Of a stretch of 64,000 nucleotides of DNA, positions 1 to 15,000 are shown piece by piece; position 1 is the stretch's first letter, and every line of letters begins with the position of its first letter. The stretch is from the NCBI GenBank assembly GCA_963667255.1, contig OY762940.1, positions 384,001-448,000 of the forward strand. Direction: 5' to 3'. Source of the DNA: Candidatus Cloacimonadota bacterium (GTDB taxonomy: Bacteria; Cloacimonadota; Cloacimonadia; G963667145). The notes below the pieces were generated by a model. The model made no database searches. It worked only from the letters and a program-made list of their open reading frames with translations, and was not told the origin of the DNA. The position numbers were made by a program, and so were the translations under genes.

Positions 1-3000
1 CGAGCATACCCACACTGTCACATCCAGAGACCACAGCGTTGAAGGCGTAACATTCCTCTATAGAGGCAGAGCCGCTCATCTCTCCGACAAGCACACCCAG
101 ATTGGTTTTGCCACCACTGGAAGTGAAGGAAGAGCTCTCCAAGTCGCTCCTACGCAAATCCGCATCCCGCAGAGCACCCACGAGTCCACCGACTATTCTA
201 CCACTAGCACCGCTGAAAGCAAACTCAACATTGTCACAATTTTGAGTTTTAATGATAATATCGTGATTTCCTGTCAACTCGCCTGCCAATAGTCCGAAAT
301 AGGAGGTAGCCGAGCCACCGAAGACAGGAGATATCTTAGAAACATTGTAAACCTTGAAGGAGTCCGTAGTGTTCAGAGCCAAGCCACCGAACATCAATCC
401 GACCTTGGACGAACCACCAACACTGATAGACACATTGCTCTCGGAGATAGACTCGGAATACCAGGTCGCACTATCAATAGCACCCTTATTCCACTCGTCG
501 CACTTACCCATCAGCAAGCCGACATAGTTTCCTGTAGCGTTGGGAGAGGTCACTGTAAACTTCTTCAGAGTTACATCAAGATGCTTGGACAGCAAATTGG
601 TCACTTTGCCAGCATGCCCTATCAAACCACCGACATAAGAGCCTTTGGTGCTACGACCAGTAAAGGAGAGCGACAGAGGAATGGAGATATTTTGATTGCT
701 ACCGAAGGTAACATTGTCCACCTCTCCGAATAGTCCACCGACACTGGATGTCCCACCCAAATTACCTGTGATGTCAACTGTCTCTCCTACGGTTATCTTG
801 CCCACGACAACAGTATCCAAGCTACCAACCGCAGCTCCTATCCACAGAGAATCACTTGTGCCTCCATTACCGCAACTGAGGTCTATTCCAACAGATGTCA
901 CGGAATCTATAGTCACCAAACCTTTTCCAGAGATAAGCCCCGCAATACCGCCGAAGTAAGAATCACCTGTCAAGGAAGCTACTGTGATGCCACCTCCCGT
1001 GAGAGTAATATTCTTGATATGCAAGCTGTCAGCTATACTACCCTTAGCTATCAACCCGCCATAATAGTTACCTTTACTTGAACTAAACGAGCTAACAGCC
1101 GACGGCAAATTAACGCTTATATTGTTCAGGTTCACATAGCCTTTGCTATTGTCCAAAGAGCCAATAGTGCCGACAAAAACCGAATCGGAAGTGCTACCGG
1201 TAGAGGTCATAGTCCCGATATTCGTCGCTGTGACAGCGGAGACTGACCCTTTGCCGGACAAGATACCAGCAACAATACCGCCGTAGAATTTACTCGAGCC
1301 ATATTGCTTGTAGGCAGTGACTATCGATACACCAATATCGTTGATATAGAAAGAATCCGCTATTATCGCTCCGGCGAGAGCTCCAACCTTCACACCGGTC
1401 AAAGCCCCTATACCATTCAGCTTGATGCCACTAATATTCAGATCCACAGCACTGCTATCGAAGTTCCCGATGAATCCACCTGCATAATTCGTAGCAGTCA
1501 ACGCACTGATATTGGACACCTGAATGTTTCTGGCATACAGCCCCTTGCTCTCGGCGATAACTCCACCGACTGTCCCACCCTTAAAGCTGGAGCCTCCACC
1601 TATGATGACTATTCCATTCAAACTATCCAATTTGGAGGAAGCTATCAATCCTGCCGACTTATTTAAAGTGGTAAGTGTAATCTCATTAAGAGTCAGTCTC
1701 AAATCTTTATACTTGGAGTTTCTGCTCTCTCCCGCCAAAACAGCTATATTGGTTCCGCCAACTGCACTGGAGCCATCCAAAACTACGGACAAAGAATCAA
1801 CCAATAGAGAGTCGGCAATTCCTATCATGGCAAGATAGTTTCCATCAGAGCCTGCAACGGCACTGGAGAATTTTTCAAATCTGACGCTCTTATTGGAAGC
1901 AATAAAATGTCCCTTCAGAGGATAAGCAGCTGTCCCCAACGGAACAAGAGGAAGAGTATCAAAAGCTATATTGTCCAGTATTTTCACATTCAGCGAACGA
2001 GTGCCAAAGACACCACTTGCCAAAGTTTTAGCGAAATTGTTATAATCTTCCGGCAAATTCAAATAAGCCGTTCTCGTGATGCTATCGTATTTGTATTGTG
2101 ACCAAAGCGAATCGCTAAACCTACTGTAAACACCAAAGTTGAAATTGTTTACCTCTTTAAATCTGTAGTAATAAACTCGCCCTACACAGAGTGTCCCCAA
2201 ATCCCCGGGCAAGTCCTTCGATTGATAATCGAAATAACTGGAGTCCGTGAACAAGATGTCCTTGAGAGTGGAAGAAAGATTGATAGTGTCCGCTACCGCA
2301 CTGGCGAAAGTCGGAACAGTATCTTTCTCTATTACATAACCCTCTACTGTCTTGCCTGTGCCCTTCCAAACAATCTCGTAACCATCTATTCTACCATCGT
2401 TATCATAGTGGAGATGGATAGCCTTGATAGCTGCCGCTGTTCCCTTGAGCCAACCGGTTCCCTTGAGTTTGTGGAAGATACTGTCGGTGCTGTAGAATTT
2501 ATCCGGACTTTTGTTCACAGATACCATTCCCTTCACCCGATAGTTATATGCCTCGCCGGATACAGGAGCGGATAGAGTCCCTGTGCCACTCTTGTCGTAA
2601 TATGTATAGAAAGTGTCTGCACCTACAACGGTTTTCTTCATCTCACTCGGAGCAACCGTATCAAGCTCTACCAAGCCCGTGTTTACATTGCATCTGGAGA
2701 GGATATAGGCGGTAACTGTATCCGGAGCTTTTTCCACACCTTTGAGCAAATCGTAGTCAGTCGGCCAAGACGAAACCTTAATTCGTTTCCAAGAAACCGT
2801 AATAGTATCGTTGCTCGTCCCCTGCGTAGCAGACAGAGAGTCAAATTTTCCTGACCATTTGAAACCGTATCTTTGAGCCAAAGTATCGGATGGATGAGTA
2901 ATAGTAGTACCGTCATAGCTCAAGTGTGCATATAGTCTATAGTCATAATTCGTCCAAAAAGCAACCGCAGTATCCAAATATTTATACAAGGTATCCGCCG

Positions 3001-6000
3001 GACTGGTAATGACAGTAGTATCCAACTTGCCTGTCAAATCAACCACTTTCCAGTTACCATTATCTGTTTTCTTATACAAGGAATAGCTCGTAGGCATAGC
3101 TGTCCCGACATTCTTACTCTTGAGCCACTTCACAGAGATACCGCCGGAGTCTATCTGAACATCAACACTATCCAAATGCAAATACTTATATCCATGGTCG
3201 GTCTCAGGTAGAGAGTAAACAGTGTCTGTTCCCACCACCATAGCCGCTTTCAGTTGATAAAAATACAGATGCCCTTCAAGCACATCAGTATCTTTATAAG
3301 TCAATGTGTCGTTAGATTTGGTAATGTTGCCACTACTCAACGACAACTTCTTGTATACACTGCCAAAACTCTTGGAGTTTTCATTGCGATAGAGGTAGAA
3401 GAACGAAGAGCCGGCAACAGTATCAAACTGCACCTCAATGCCGGTAGTTTTCCCTTTGCTTGCTCTTAGGTTGACCTTGTCCAGTGGCAACGCCCCGAAA
3501 GTAGAAGTATCACTAAAGATAGATGTCGATTTGCCACCAGCATAAATGGTCTTCATCTTGTAATGGTAAATATGCCCTTTGCTCAGGTCATAAGCGTCAT
3601 AGTAAATCGTGTCGTTTGTTACATCTGCCGTAGAGAGCGTAGCCAATAGAGAGAAAGCTTCTGTATCTTTTTGCCGATAAATCTCATACCCTTGGATGTC
3701 CGCCTTGCCATATCTCGGCAAATCCCAGATAAGGCTTATCCTGTCCGAATAGGTGGCATTGGACCCACGGATATTGCTCACAGACAGACTCCTCACAGCA
3801 CCGCTGATTACCTTGGACAGAGCAGAGAAGACACTATCTGTGCCATTCGCTCTATACGCCCTTATAGCAAAGTTATACTTGTTGATGGAGTCATTGTTAT
3901 TGGCAAACTCTTTCGGGATAAATAGATACGAAGTGTCCGAAGACGAAGAGATTAAAGCCAAAGAATCGCAATTAGCCAGAGAAGGCGTTCCGCTCTTGCT
4001 GGCTAAAATCTGGAATCCTGAACCGAATTTTATGGTATCCCAAGTCAATTTAATCCGAGAAGTATCCGCAAAATTAGGGGCATATCGGTTGGAATCGTAA
4101 ACAACTTTGAAGTTGCCAGGCACATTCAGCAAGGCATAACCAGAGTCGGCTTTACAAGAATCCACTACGCTAAATCTAAAGGTCTTTATCTTGTAATAGT
4201 ATCTCTCCCCGGGTATCAAGTTGGAACTGCTGTCAATATAAGTAGTCCATGCTGGAGCGTTGACCGGTAAGCTGTCCAATCTTCCCCAAGTATAGCCCTT
4301 TTGCATACGATAGAGCACCGCAGAATCAATATATTGAGGAGTGCTGTAGGTTAAGTAAATGCTATCAATTTTCGTTCCCTTGCTCACACTGTGCAGCACA
4401 GCCGGTTCGGGGAAGATATATCCCGTGTCCGCAACAGAATATTCAGAAATCAGAGTTTTCTCGAACAAACTGTTGGGTATCGCTTCACTAATATTAACCA
4501 CAGCCCGAACCTTATAAGTATAGCCTCTACCCTTGAAAGTAGTGGTATTAAATCTCTTTTCGGTTGCGGAATCTATATAAACACTGTCTCCACCCGTAAC
4601 GGAAATCTCTCCGTCGGCAACACCGTCTATGTATCTGGAGATATAATAATTGTCCACAGTATCCCCAAGCACAGATGCTACCATAGACCAGCTAATACGC
4701 AATGTGTCTTTCAAACCATCACTGGCTACTACATTTTTCACCTTAGGCACATTGAGATAACCATAAACCAAATTGGAAGCGTTGGTAAGCTCTCCACCCT
4801 TAATCTTAGCCACAACCCTATAGAAATATACATTGCCTATCAAAAGAGATGCACTGGTATCACACGCAATATTTTTTATGCCGAGAGACGAGCTGTTTAC
4901 ACTGGATGTAACATTGTAAATACTGCCTTCACGGACACTATCCGTGTGTTTCAGAGAGTCGTAGCGGAAAATAAGTGTTGTATCCAAGTTAGGATAGATG
5001 TCAGCCGTATACGACCAGTTCAACTCCATAGTGTCGATTTTGGGGATGTTAAGAGAAACAAATTTCAAATCTGTCACACCACTGTATTTATAGTATCCGC
5101 TATCAATCGAAGAGTATACGGAGTTGTGATCGATACCGACAGCCAAAACCATGTAATAAACCTTCTTGAACGCTCCGTATTTGGTGACATCGTTCCATGT
5201 GGTATCAGCGGAAGCCTTGGAAACAGAAGTGAACGCCAAAGTATCGTATTTGGTAAAAATCCGCCCGTTGCTACCCGTAGTGGAGTCTCGCAAAATCAAA
5301 TATTGCAAAGCATCATTTGACTTGTGCCAAATCAACTTGATAGTATCAAAGAAAACTCCCTTGCTCACACTATCAATAGTGACAGAATCCAACTTGCGAT
5401 ATCCAGTATCTATCACCGTGCAGAAATCAGAAGTGGAAACGATATTTTTGAACGCAGCAGTATAAATATAGTCCAAACCATGTAGCCCTACACCACTATC
5501 GACATAGCTGAAATATTTGTTGCTATACCCCTTGGCAACTATAGTATCATACGCACTAAGCACGCCCAAATATGCCTGACCTCTCTTGATAATGATGGTA
5601 TCGATTATCGAAGCCGTAGTATCATTGGTGTATATCCTCATCCTAACGGAGTCTGAATAAAGACCGTTATCAACCACAACTATGCTGTCCGGCGAGTGCA
5701 GTCCGACATACCCGCTGTCAATCCCACTACTATCAACGGCTACACCCTTATAGGACTTTATCTTATATTGATAACGCATTCCGGGGAATACCTTCTTGTC
5801 ATACCAATTTCTTTCCACTGCACCGAAAGTCAAAGCGGAAACTTTTTGCCAATTATCTCCAGAAATATTCAAAGAATCTCTAAACAAAATAATGCTATCT
5901 CCATAAGTTGGCGTGGTATACCTAACTCTAATACTGTCTCCGGCTATCCCCTTGCTCACACTCACGAGGACAGGAGCATCCGGCTTGGTGTATCCAGTAT

Positions 6001-9000
6001 CAACCTTAGTATATGCAGAGGTAAATATCATAGATTTTTTGGCACCAGCGGCGGTATCCTCGGAGATATTCACTATCGGTCGAACCTTATACAAGTATTC
6101 CCTGCCTACACTTATCGGACTGGCAAATCTCACACCATATCCATTTGCAATCACAAAGCTGGCGGTATCAACGAAAGTGGTATCACTTCCCGTCAAGTAT
6201 AGAGAATCGGCTAAATTGCCATCAGTAGTAGACCTGAACAAGCAATAATTGGTAGCTGTATCGCCTACGGTATTCTTCACCTTAGACCAAGTAATCTTGA
6301 TAGCCTTGGGGGTGTAAGTCGCTTTAGTCGCAACGAGAGTATCCAAAGGAGCCAGCTTGGTGCATCCGAAGACCATATTGGAAACTTTATCAGAAGTCAC
6401 GCTACCTTTTGGGAAAACATCTACCAAGTAAAAATAGAAATTACCTCTCTTAATTGCACTGGAGGTATCCGAATAACTCATACTCGTGGCAAACCCAGCT
6501 TTGATGGTTTCTACCCTATATCTTTCGTTTAGATTGGCAGAAGTAGCTGTAGCCACAGTATCGTATCTGAAAATCCTGATACTGTCTATCCCGAAAGCAA
6601 TCAATTTGGCAGGCAAGCTATAGGTCAGCTTTATCGTATCAACCTTCAAGTCGGACATAGACACGAACTTCAAATCTTTTATACCAGTATATTTCAAGAA
6701 ACCGCTATCCACTGCGGAAGGCTTGGAGTTATACTCCTTGCCCAAAGCTACAACACTGTAGTAAACATTCGTATAAGAAACATAATCGTTGGTGTCAACA
6801 AAGGTCGTGTCCGCATTGGTAGCCCCAAAATTCGACCTGAACAGCATATCGTATTTGGTAAGTGGATTGCCACCTGTGCCGGTAGAATCACGCAAAATCA
6901 TGTAACCCTTGGTCGCAGCCTCGACTTTGCTCCATACTAATGTAATGCTATCAGAATAAGTCCCCTTGGAAATAGAATCTATCTTAGGAACGCTCACATC
7001 TCTGTGCACCAAAGTGTCGGTAGAGTAAGGAGAAAGTCCCGTAGTATCGTTGTATGAGGAGATAGCGTAATAGTAGGCTACACCTTGCGTAACCACAGAA
7101 TCTAAATAAGTAGAAAGATTTCCTGTTATCCTGTAGGTCTCCATAATGGTCAAATCAGACTTTCTTCTTTTTCTCACTTGATAAGAGTCCACTACCGTAT
7201 TGCCGGTCATACTCTTCAAACTCAACTTGATGCCGCTGGTATCCGAACTCAAAATCTTCAAAGTGTCCATAGTCTTCAGATAAGTGTAAGAAACTATGTC
7301 AAATGTATCGGCGGAGAGAGTATCGTTTTTCACCTTAAATCTATAGGAGTATCTCTTCCCTCGTGTCAAAGTAGTGTCCACTACAACTCCGTTGCTGGTT
7401 ACCGTGTCAAAGATAGTGAAAGCAGAATAAGGCTCACTAAAGAGTTTGCGATAAACAAAAGTCTCACGAGCATAGCTATTCACAGGATAGACCGTAATGC
7501 TAACCCTATCCACCACTCTGCTGTTGATAGACAATGGCGAACTCTTCTCTATCCATACGGTATCGTTGTAGCCATACACCTGCGTAGCATTAAGAGGTGG
7601 CATCTCCGACCATCCAGTATCTGTGCCACTCTCTGGCGAAACAAGTGAAATATCAAGATTGCCTGTTTGATTGCCGACAACTGTATCTTGCTTGATATCA
7701 CAAACATATCTCAAGCTATAAGCGTAGAATCTTCCGGGCTCAAAGTCTTTGCTAAATAGATTGCCTCCGTAATAGTCCACAACCGTAGAATCGGAAAGAA
7801 CGACAGAATACTTACTGTTCGTAGCCAACTCTTTTCTAAACAATTGGTATTTCTCTATACCCCGCATCGTATCCCACAAAATCTTCACGCTGTCTATCTT
7901 CGTGCCAAAAGTAGCGTCAGGTTTCTTCGGCGTAGACAAAGCCAAATATCCATAAGCAAAATCGGAAATCCTCGATACCTCACTACCAACTTTCACTACA
8001 ACCTTATAGAAGAACAATTTGCCCATTTGTAGAGCGGAAGAGGTATCATTAATAACATAACTCTTGATATCTCCACTGGTAGAATGATTAACAGTGTAAT
8101 TAGCTGCATCTACAGACCTGCCTGTGGTGTCGGTCGTGTTCTCCACATTGTCCCAGCGATACAGTTTTACCCCATTGTCTCCAAAGCTCGTTACTAGAGA
8201 AATCTGGTTGCTAATACTAAACCCAAGGGATATAGTATCCACCCTTTTACCAAGGAACGCCAAATTCGTTACCCTGTCAAAAGCTCTGTATCCCGAATCC
8301 AAATCCGAAGTATCCGAGTTTACATTCACACCGGCAGCCTGCACTCTGTATCTGATAAACTTGCAAGAGAGATACTCGGCTTTATCGTTATAGACCGTAT
8401 CCGTATTGTCGTCAAGCGTCCCTTCGTTGACCAACAAGCTGTCATGACCGTTATCCATCCTACGATATAGTCTGTAACCGACAGCATCGTTTATCTTGTT
8501 CCACCTCACAATTATAGAGTCCGTGCTTGTCCCTCTGCTCACCGTATCAAAGACCGGAGCTTGCAATTTGGCATAGCCGGTATCAAACGAACTGCTATAT
8601 TGAGACAGCCCTGTAACCTTATTGTAATAAGCAACTTTGTAAGTGTAGTATTTCCCTTGAACCATAGAGGTATCATTAAGAGTATCTTTATTCACATCAA
8701 ACGCACGAACTATCTTGTTGGTAATGCTGGAGTTGTTCCAGTCAGCCCTCAGGACAACCACAGAATCTATACTCTTCGTATTTCTGACATTCTTCACAGC
8801 TCGCAACTTGATGCGATTCAAATAAGTTCCTGAATTGACAACCGTAACAGTGTCAGGAGGTTGTAACGGTGTAAACGAAGCCAATGTCAAATAAGTGTCA
8901 GAGACAACATCATTAACAATTTTAAGCTTAAAGCTGTCCAATTCCCCGAAATTTTTGACCCTATATTTGAAGGTATCCGTCACGGTGGCACCCCGCACAG

Positions 9001-12000
9001 AGATAGTATAAACATGTCCAAAAGCACCATTGCTTATCGTATCCACTCTCACACTATCGATATAGGTTTTGCCGGAATTAATGCTAATCATGATGATGCT
9101 GTCGAAAGATTTCGGATCGATACCCAAAGAGGTGGAGATATTCGCCGTATCGTTGTTCACCCAAACATCCGATGTGCTAAGAGCCGGAATCCTGCCATAA
9201 CCGGAATCGACAGAATCGCGATAAATCGCTTTGTCACCACTGAGATAAACATTGTAATAATACCACTTCCCAGGTTGCAATCCGCTATCGGCAACGACCC
9301 TGTCCACAAAGCCTACGGAAGTCTTTTGCCCGTTGTGATAAGCCACCTTACCAGCTAACTCCAACACTCCGCTACTGTTTCGTTGCCTACGAATAACGGT
9401 GTAAGGCTCATCGACTATACCCTTCCAACTCAATTTAACAGTATCAAAATGAACGCCCTTGGTGGCAACTACATTTTTTACCTCATAAACTTTCGTATAG
9501 AGAGTGTCTGTCAGATATGAATATTTGGAGTCGCTGTTCAAAATTCCGTCAGAACCTACCAAAGCAGACAAATCGTTGAACGCCCTCACTCTGTATAAGA
9601 AAGCCTGATTCCTCTTGCTGAGGACAATCGTATCCAAATAGAAAGTATCCACCACCGTGTCTAAAGCCAAGTAGCTATTTTCGTTATATCTCGTCCGCTC
9701 CACTGCATAGTTTTCCGCATTGGCAACTTTGGTCCACTTAATCCCAAGAACAGCTGTGTCCAAACTACCTACGCCGAAAGTATCCACCGAAGTTGGAGGC
9801 ACCAGTTTTGTCCATCCAGAGTCAACGATGCTCTTATCGCTAAATCTATCAAACCCTTGCACCTGAGATGCTACTCTGAAATACAGCTTTTTGCCATACC
9901 AGCTACTATCGGTAAATACAGAACCCTTCAACGAATAAGTAGCCGCTCCCTTGATAGTGTCATAAAATCCCGTCAAAACAGTAGTATTGGCAAAATTCGT
10001 CTGAGCCTTATTGGTATCGATGTAAACCCGATAATTCATCTTCCCTATCAAAGAAGAAACTTCCATTATCTCAAAATAGATGCTGTCGTAATATTTCCCT
10101 TTGGAAGGTCTTACGGAGAAAGTAGGAGGATTTTGTTTACCAATACCCTCAGCGGTATCGCTCCAGGCGGAACTTCCATAAATAGTGTGAGTTTGCCTTA
10201 CCACTATCTTCTTTTTACCCTCAGCATACTTAGACTCAAATTTGTAGGAAGTATCGTTCGTAACTTTCACACTCTTAGGCGAGGCGTTATCACTTATAAT
10301 CTTAACTTCATAGGTAACATTGGCAACACTTGATTTGCCCCATCTTACCAAAATAGAGTCCGTAATACTGTCCGTAGCTGACACATTGGACAAAGGACTC
10401 AGCTTAGACCACCCGCTATCCACAGCAGACCAATAAGAAGAAACAGAATCCCAAACAGTCTCAGCACCTCCAGAATCTACCAGCCTAAGTTTGAAATAAT
10501 AGCTCTTGCCTTGGACAAGCGGAGACCTTATAAAATTATAAGAGCAGGTATCTTTAGCTGTGTTGTTGCGAATAGTCAAAGTGTCACAGTATGAAGATGA
10601 AAAACCAATCAAAGTATCGTATGCCAACAAGAATTTTGTAGCCAAATTGTTCGCAACCCAACTCAATTTAATCGTATCAACAAGAAGAGTATCGCTTTTT
10701 TTAACAGTCAAAACAGGAGTAACAAACCTCTTGCCGCCAAAAGTGCTGTCAGACCAATTTACGCTGACAAACCCATCTGATGACTGACCACTCCATGTCT
10801 CAACAGAGCTATTAATATTCAGGTAATCTGGATTATAAGCCTTCACATAATATTTATAAGCCATTCCCTTCGTAGCAGTATAATCTTTATACACCGTATC
10901 TGCCAAACTGGTGGCATAAATCGTATCGGAAGAGCTAACTCTCTTGAGCAAATATTTACCTCTCTCACACAGAGAAACTATAGCATTCCACTTAACCGTA
11001 ACAAAATCCACACTAGGACCAACAGTATCCGCAATCACACCTTTAATGTTTGGGATTTTCTTCCATCCGGTATCAACATCGGACATCACAGAAGATTTCC
11101 CATTTCTGTAAGATTTCACAGAATAGAGATATTTCTCACCCACAGTTCTATTCAATGAAGCATCAAAAAGCGTATCCTTGGTTTTCGTAAAATCGGCATG
11201 AACACTATCAATCCGACTGGGGTCACTTACCAAATTGATACTCTTTGCATATATCACAAAACTATCTACCTTTTGCACCAAGGAATCAATATTCCAAGAA
11301 ACAAAAATAGTATCAGACGAAACTCCGTTTGTAGCGGTAACTCCGGAAGGAGGAAGAGGACTCGTGCTGACAGCCAAAGAATCGGAATAAGCAGAGTAAC
11401 CTGTAGAATCGTTGTAAACTCTGACCTTGTAACATCCGTTATCCCCCGGGATAACCGAAGTATCCACTATTCTTGGCACAGTGGCAGAATCTATAGCTAC
11501 AAAAACTCCACCTGCATTTTTCTTATACAACTCATATCTATCAGCATTTTTCACTGTCTTGCACTTCAAGATGAACTTATTTGATTCAAGGCTATCCAGT
11601 CTTAAACTATCCGCAGTTAAGAGCAGAGCAAATCCTTTGACAGGAGCGGTAAACCTTGCTTTGCTTGCATCGTAATTGTCCAAAAAGTTAAGAGCGGCAA
11701 CTTTGAAATAAAGCAACTGACCCAAGTTCTCAACCTTCAACTCAGGAACTACAAATTTATAAGTGGTGTCCCCAGTCGAAATAGTCTTTTTGTATAGTGC
11801 ATCAGAATATTTGAAATCTTTGGCAGTATCTGCCACCAAATAATAGTGTCTGGCATTAGCCACTTTCCGCCATTTCACAACTATAGAATCGGAGAAACTG
11901 CTATCTGCAACATTATCTTTGGTAGTGTAATTAAACACTCCGGAAGGTTTCAATCCCGTAGGCTCTCCCAAAAGCGACCACGCACCGGAATAGATGCTTA

Positions 12001-15000
12001 TGCTACTGGCTAAGTTGTAAGTAAGCACTTCAACCGTGTCAGATTCCGCACCTTCAAACCCCTTCAAAGCCGTAGTGATATAATACCGATAAGGCTTACC
12101 TCTTTCGATTCCTCCGGTTTTAACATCCTTATCATAATAATATCCGGTATCAACTCCGATGGAATCCAACAAAGTTTTAGTTCCACCCCTCGTGGATGAC
12201 CTGTAGATATAGTAACGAAGGTTAGCAGTTTTTTTGACAGCCCAATTGAGCTTAATCGTATCGTATCTGATACTGTCATAGTAGAAATAGAACGAGTCCA
12301 CAGAAGACAATTTCAAGAATCCCGTATCAACAACAACACTTGTATCGGAAATAGCTGCCGTGCAATAAGAGTTTACCGGCTGCACTCTAAATAGATACTT
12401 CTCGCCTTGAGCAAACTTGGAGCTATAGTCAGTCAGAGTAAAAGAATATGTGGTATCGTCAGCTTCCACACCTACCTTAGACAAGAGAGAATATCCCGAA
12501 CTACCCAAAGTATCAAAGAAAACATTATACCCCGTTGCCAATGAAGACATGCTCCACTTGAGAGAGATATAACCCGCAGAACTGCCCTTGGAAGCCTCCA
12601 CCATAGTAATCCGTTTCAGCTTGGTAAACGCTCCAACACCTGTAGTAGATATAGGACCTATGTCAGATTTTCTGGTGCCGGCAACCCAATAATAGTAAAT
12701 CTTGCCCGGATTTAGCTTCAACTTTTCGCTACTATCCAAGTAAGTTGTTGCCTTGACAGTATCCAAGACAACACAATTAGCTACTCTGTTATCGTCGCTA
12801 CGATAGACAATATATGAGTCAACATCTTGCAAACTTTTCCAAGCCAATGAAATAGTATCATATTTATAACTGTTCGCAACTTGCCTTATGCTATCTACAT
12901 AGCCTACCTTAGCATAATTAGTAACATGCATCGAAGAATCGGAATACAAAACTCCAAATCTATTAGGAGCATAGGTATAAACATAGTATTCATAGTTTTC
13001 TACGGCAACCACATTAGAATCGAGATAAGTTATTTTCGTGCTGGCTGTCCCATCATATAGTGTATCAATAGTGTCAAAAGTGGTTACACCTTTCTTGGCT
13101 TTACAAAGCAAATATTTCAGAGTATCACCGCCAATATCTTTTTTAACCCAAGAAAGACTAATGAATCCTTGCTGAGCAGGCGTAACAGTAGAAAGCCCGA
13201 CAGACGGTATTCTGGAATAACCGCTATCAATTATCACCGCGGAAGTAGAATTGTATAAATCGTTAAGTGCACGAACTCCGACATAGTAGACATAGCCTGC
13301 ATAACTGCTACTCACATCAATAGTATCCAAAAGAGTATCAGCACTAAAATTAGCGGAAGACAACACAATATTCTGAGAACCATTAACAAAAAGCTCACTC
13401 TTATTCCTGACATAAGAAAGTTGATAAGTCGTAGAATTGTCTTTCGCAGCAACAGTAGACCTCTTTATCTTGATGGACAACTTATTCTTCAGTTCACCAT
13501 CCGTAACCTTAATCAAAGAAGGCGACGACAATTTAGTCCATCCGATAGCTAACGCTCCATCACTTGTTCCGAAATCGTTTTTAGCCCAAACTCGCACGAA
13601 AATTCTTCTTCCGGTTAAACTATCCTCCTTGATAGGAATAATAGCAGAATCGGTAGTATAAGTGTATGTGGAGTAGCTTCCGCAACTATCCAAAGGATAA
13701 AGGAATTTGCCCGTATTAGCATCAACATCGCCGTAAGCAGACCACTCAACGAAAAACGCCTTGTGAACAGACAATTTATTCCACTTCACAACGATAATAC
13801 TATCGTTCACTCCTCGGTCATACCTAGTGAACACAACAGAATCCAAAATAGAGTATCCGCGAACTGGTTTAGACAAGACTTTCTCTTTGCTGATATCGTT
13901 AAAGGCTGCCACCTTATACCAGCGAACTGAGCCGTGAATGAGATTATCGTTATCTACATAAATAGTGTCCGGTCCCGTAACAACAGTGTCCATAATTTTG
14001 CCTTGCCATGTATCAGATTGCGATGTGTCTCTCACGAATAGATACTGAACATCCGAAGCCATATTCGCCTTACCGTTCTTGTAACCCCAGCTCAAAGTAA
14101 TGCTATGTCCAGTGACAGTGGCAAACAGCGTATCAGGAGGAGCAAATCTGGCATAACCTGTATCCATAATGCTATCAGTAGAAATCACAGGCAAATAAGA
14201 AGGAGTGTTGTTCTTTTTACTCTTCAGAGAGTAAACATAATTTATACCATTTATCACAGAAGCAGTATCATACATCTCTTTAGGTGTTTTCGCTACAGTG
14301 TATGTTTTTTCCAGAGAGCCCGATTTGTATCTATTCAAGATAAAACTATCTACATTACCATCATAATCGGTTGCTCCCCACTTCCAAGAAATCTTGATAG
14401 TGTCAGCATATCCGCCCGTGCCAACTCGCAAAGTATCAGGAGCAGGCAAATAACAATATGTCGCCAAGGTGTCGCTCGCTACAGAGACCTGTTTAGAATC
14501 GTTTGTATTATTAATAACAGTTTGAATATAATACCTTACATGCTCACCATAGCTGGTAATCTTATCTACGAAAACATTGCTTGCACTCGCCAAAGTTGTT
14601 TTGGAGAGAGTAGTCAAAAGAGTAAAGGCACTACCGCTGATACTCCTATAAAGCCTGATGCTGTCCAAAGCACCAACATTAGCAGGATAGTTATTCCATT
14701 TAACCAAGTTGCCTGTATCGGTGACAGTTATAGCTCCCATAGATGGCTTAGGCAAAATAATTCCACCTTTTTTCAAAGCAGAAGAAAGCGGAGAAACAGA
14801 ATAAGCTACACCGTCATTCGCCGTCTCGTATGCCTCTGAACGAACTCTGAACCAATAAGGAACACCCTTTTTCAATTTATTGGCAACATCTGCTGCATAC
14901 ACTACTGTAGCAGTATCTGTAAGTGCCGTAGAATCCAAAAGAGTAGTATACGCTTGGTCAGAATAGCGATACAACCTATAGCGAACATTTGACAAACTCT

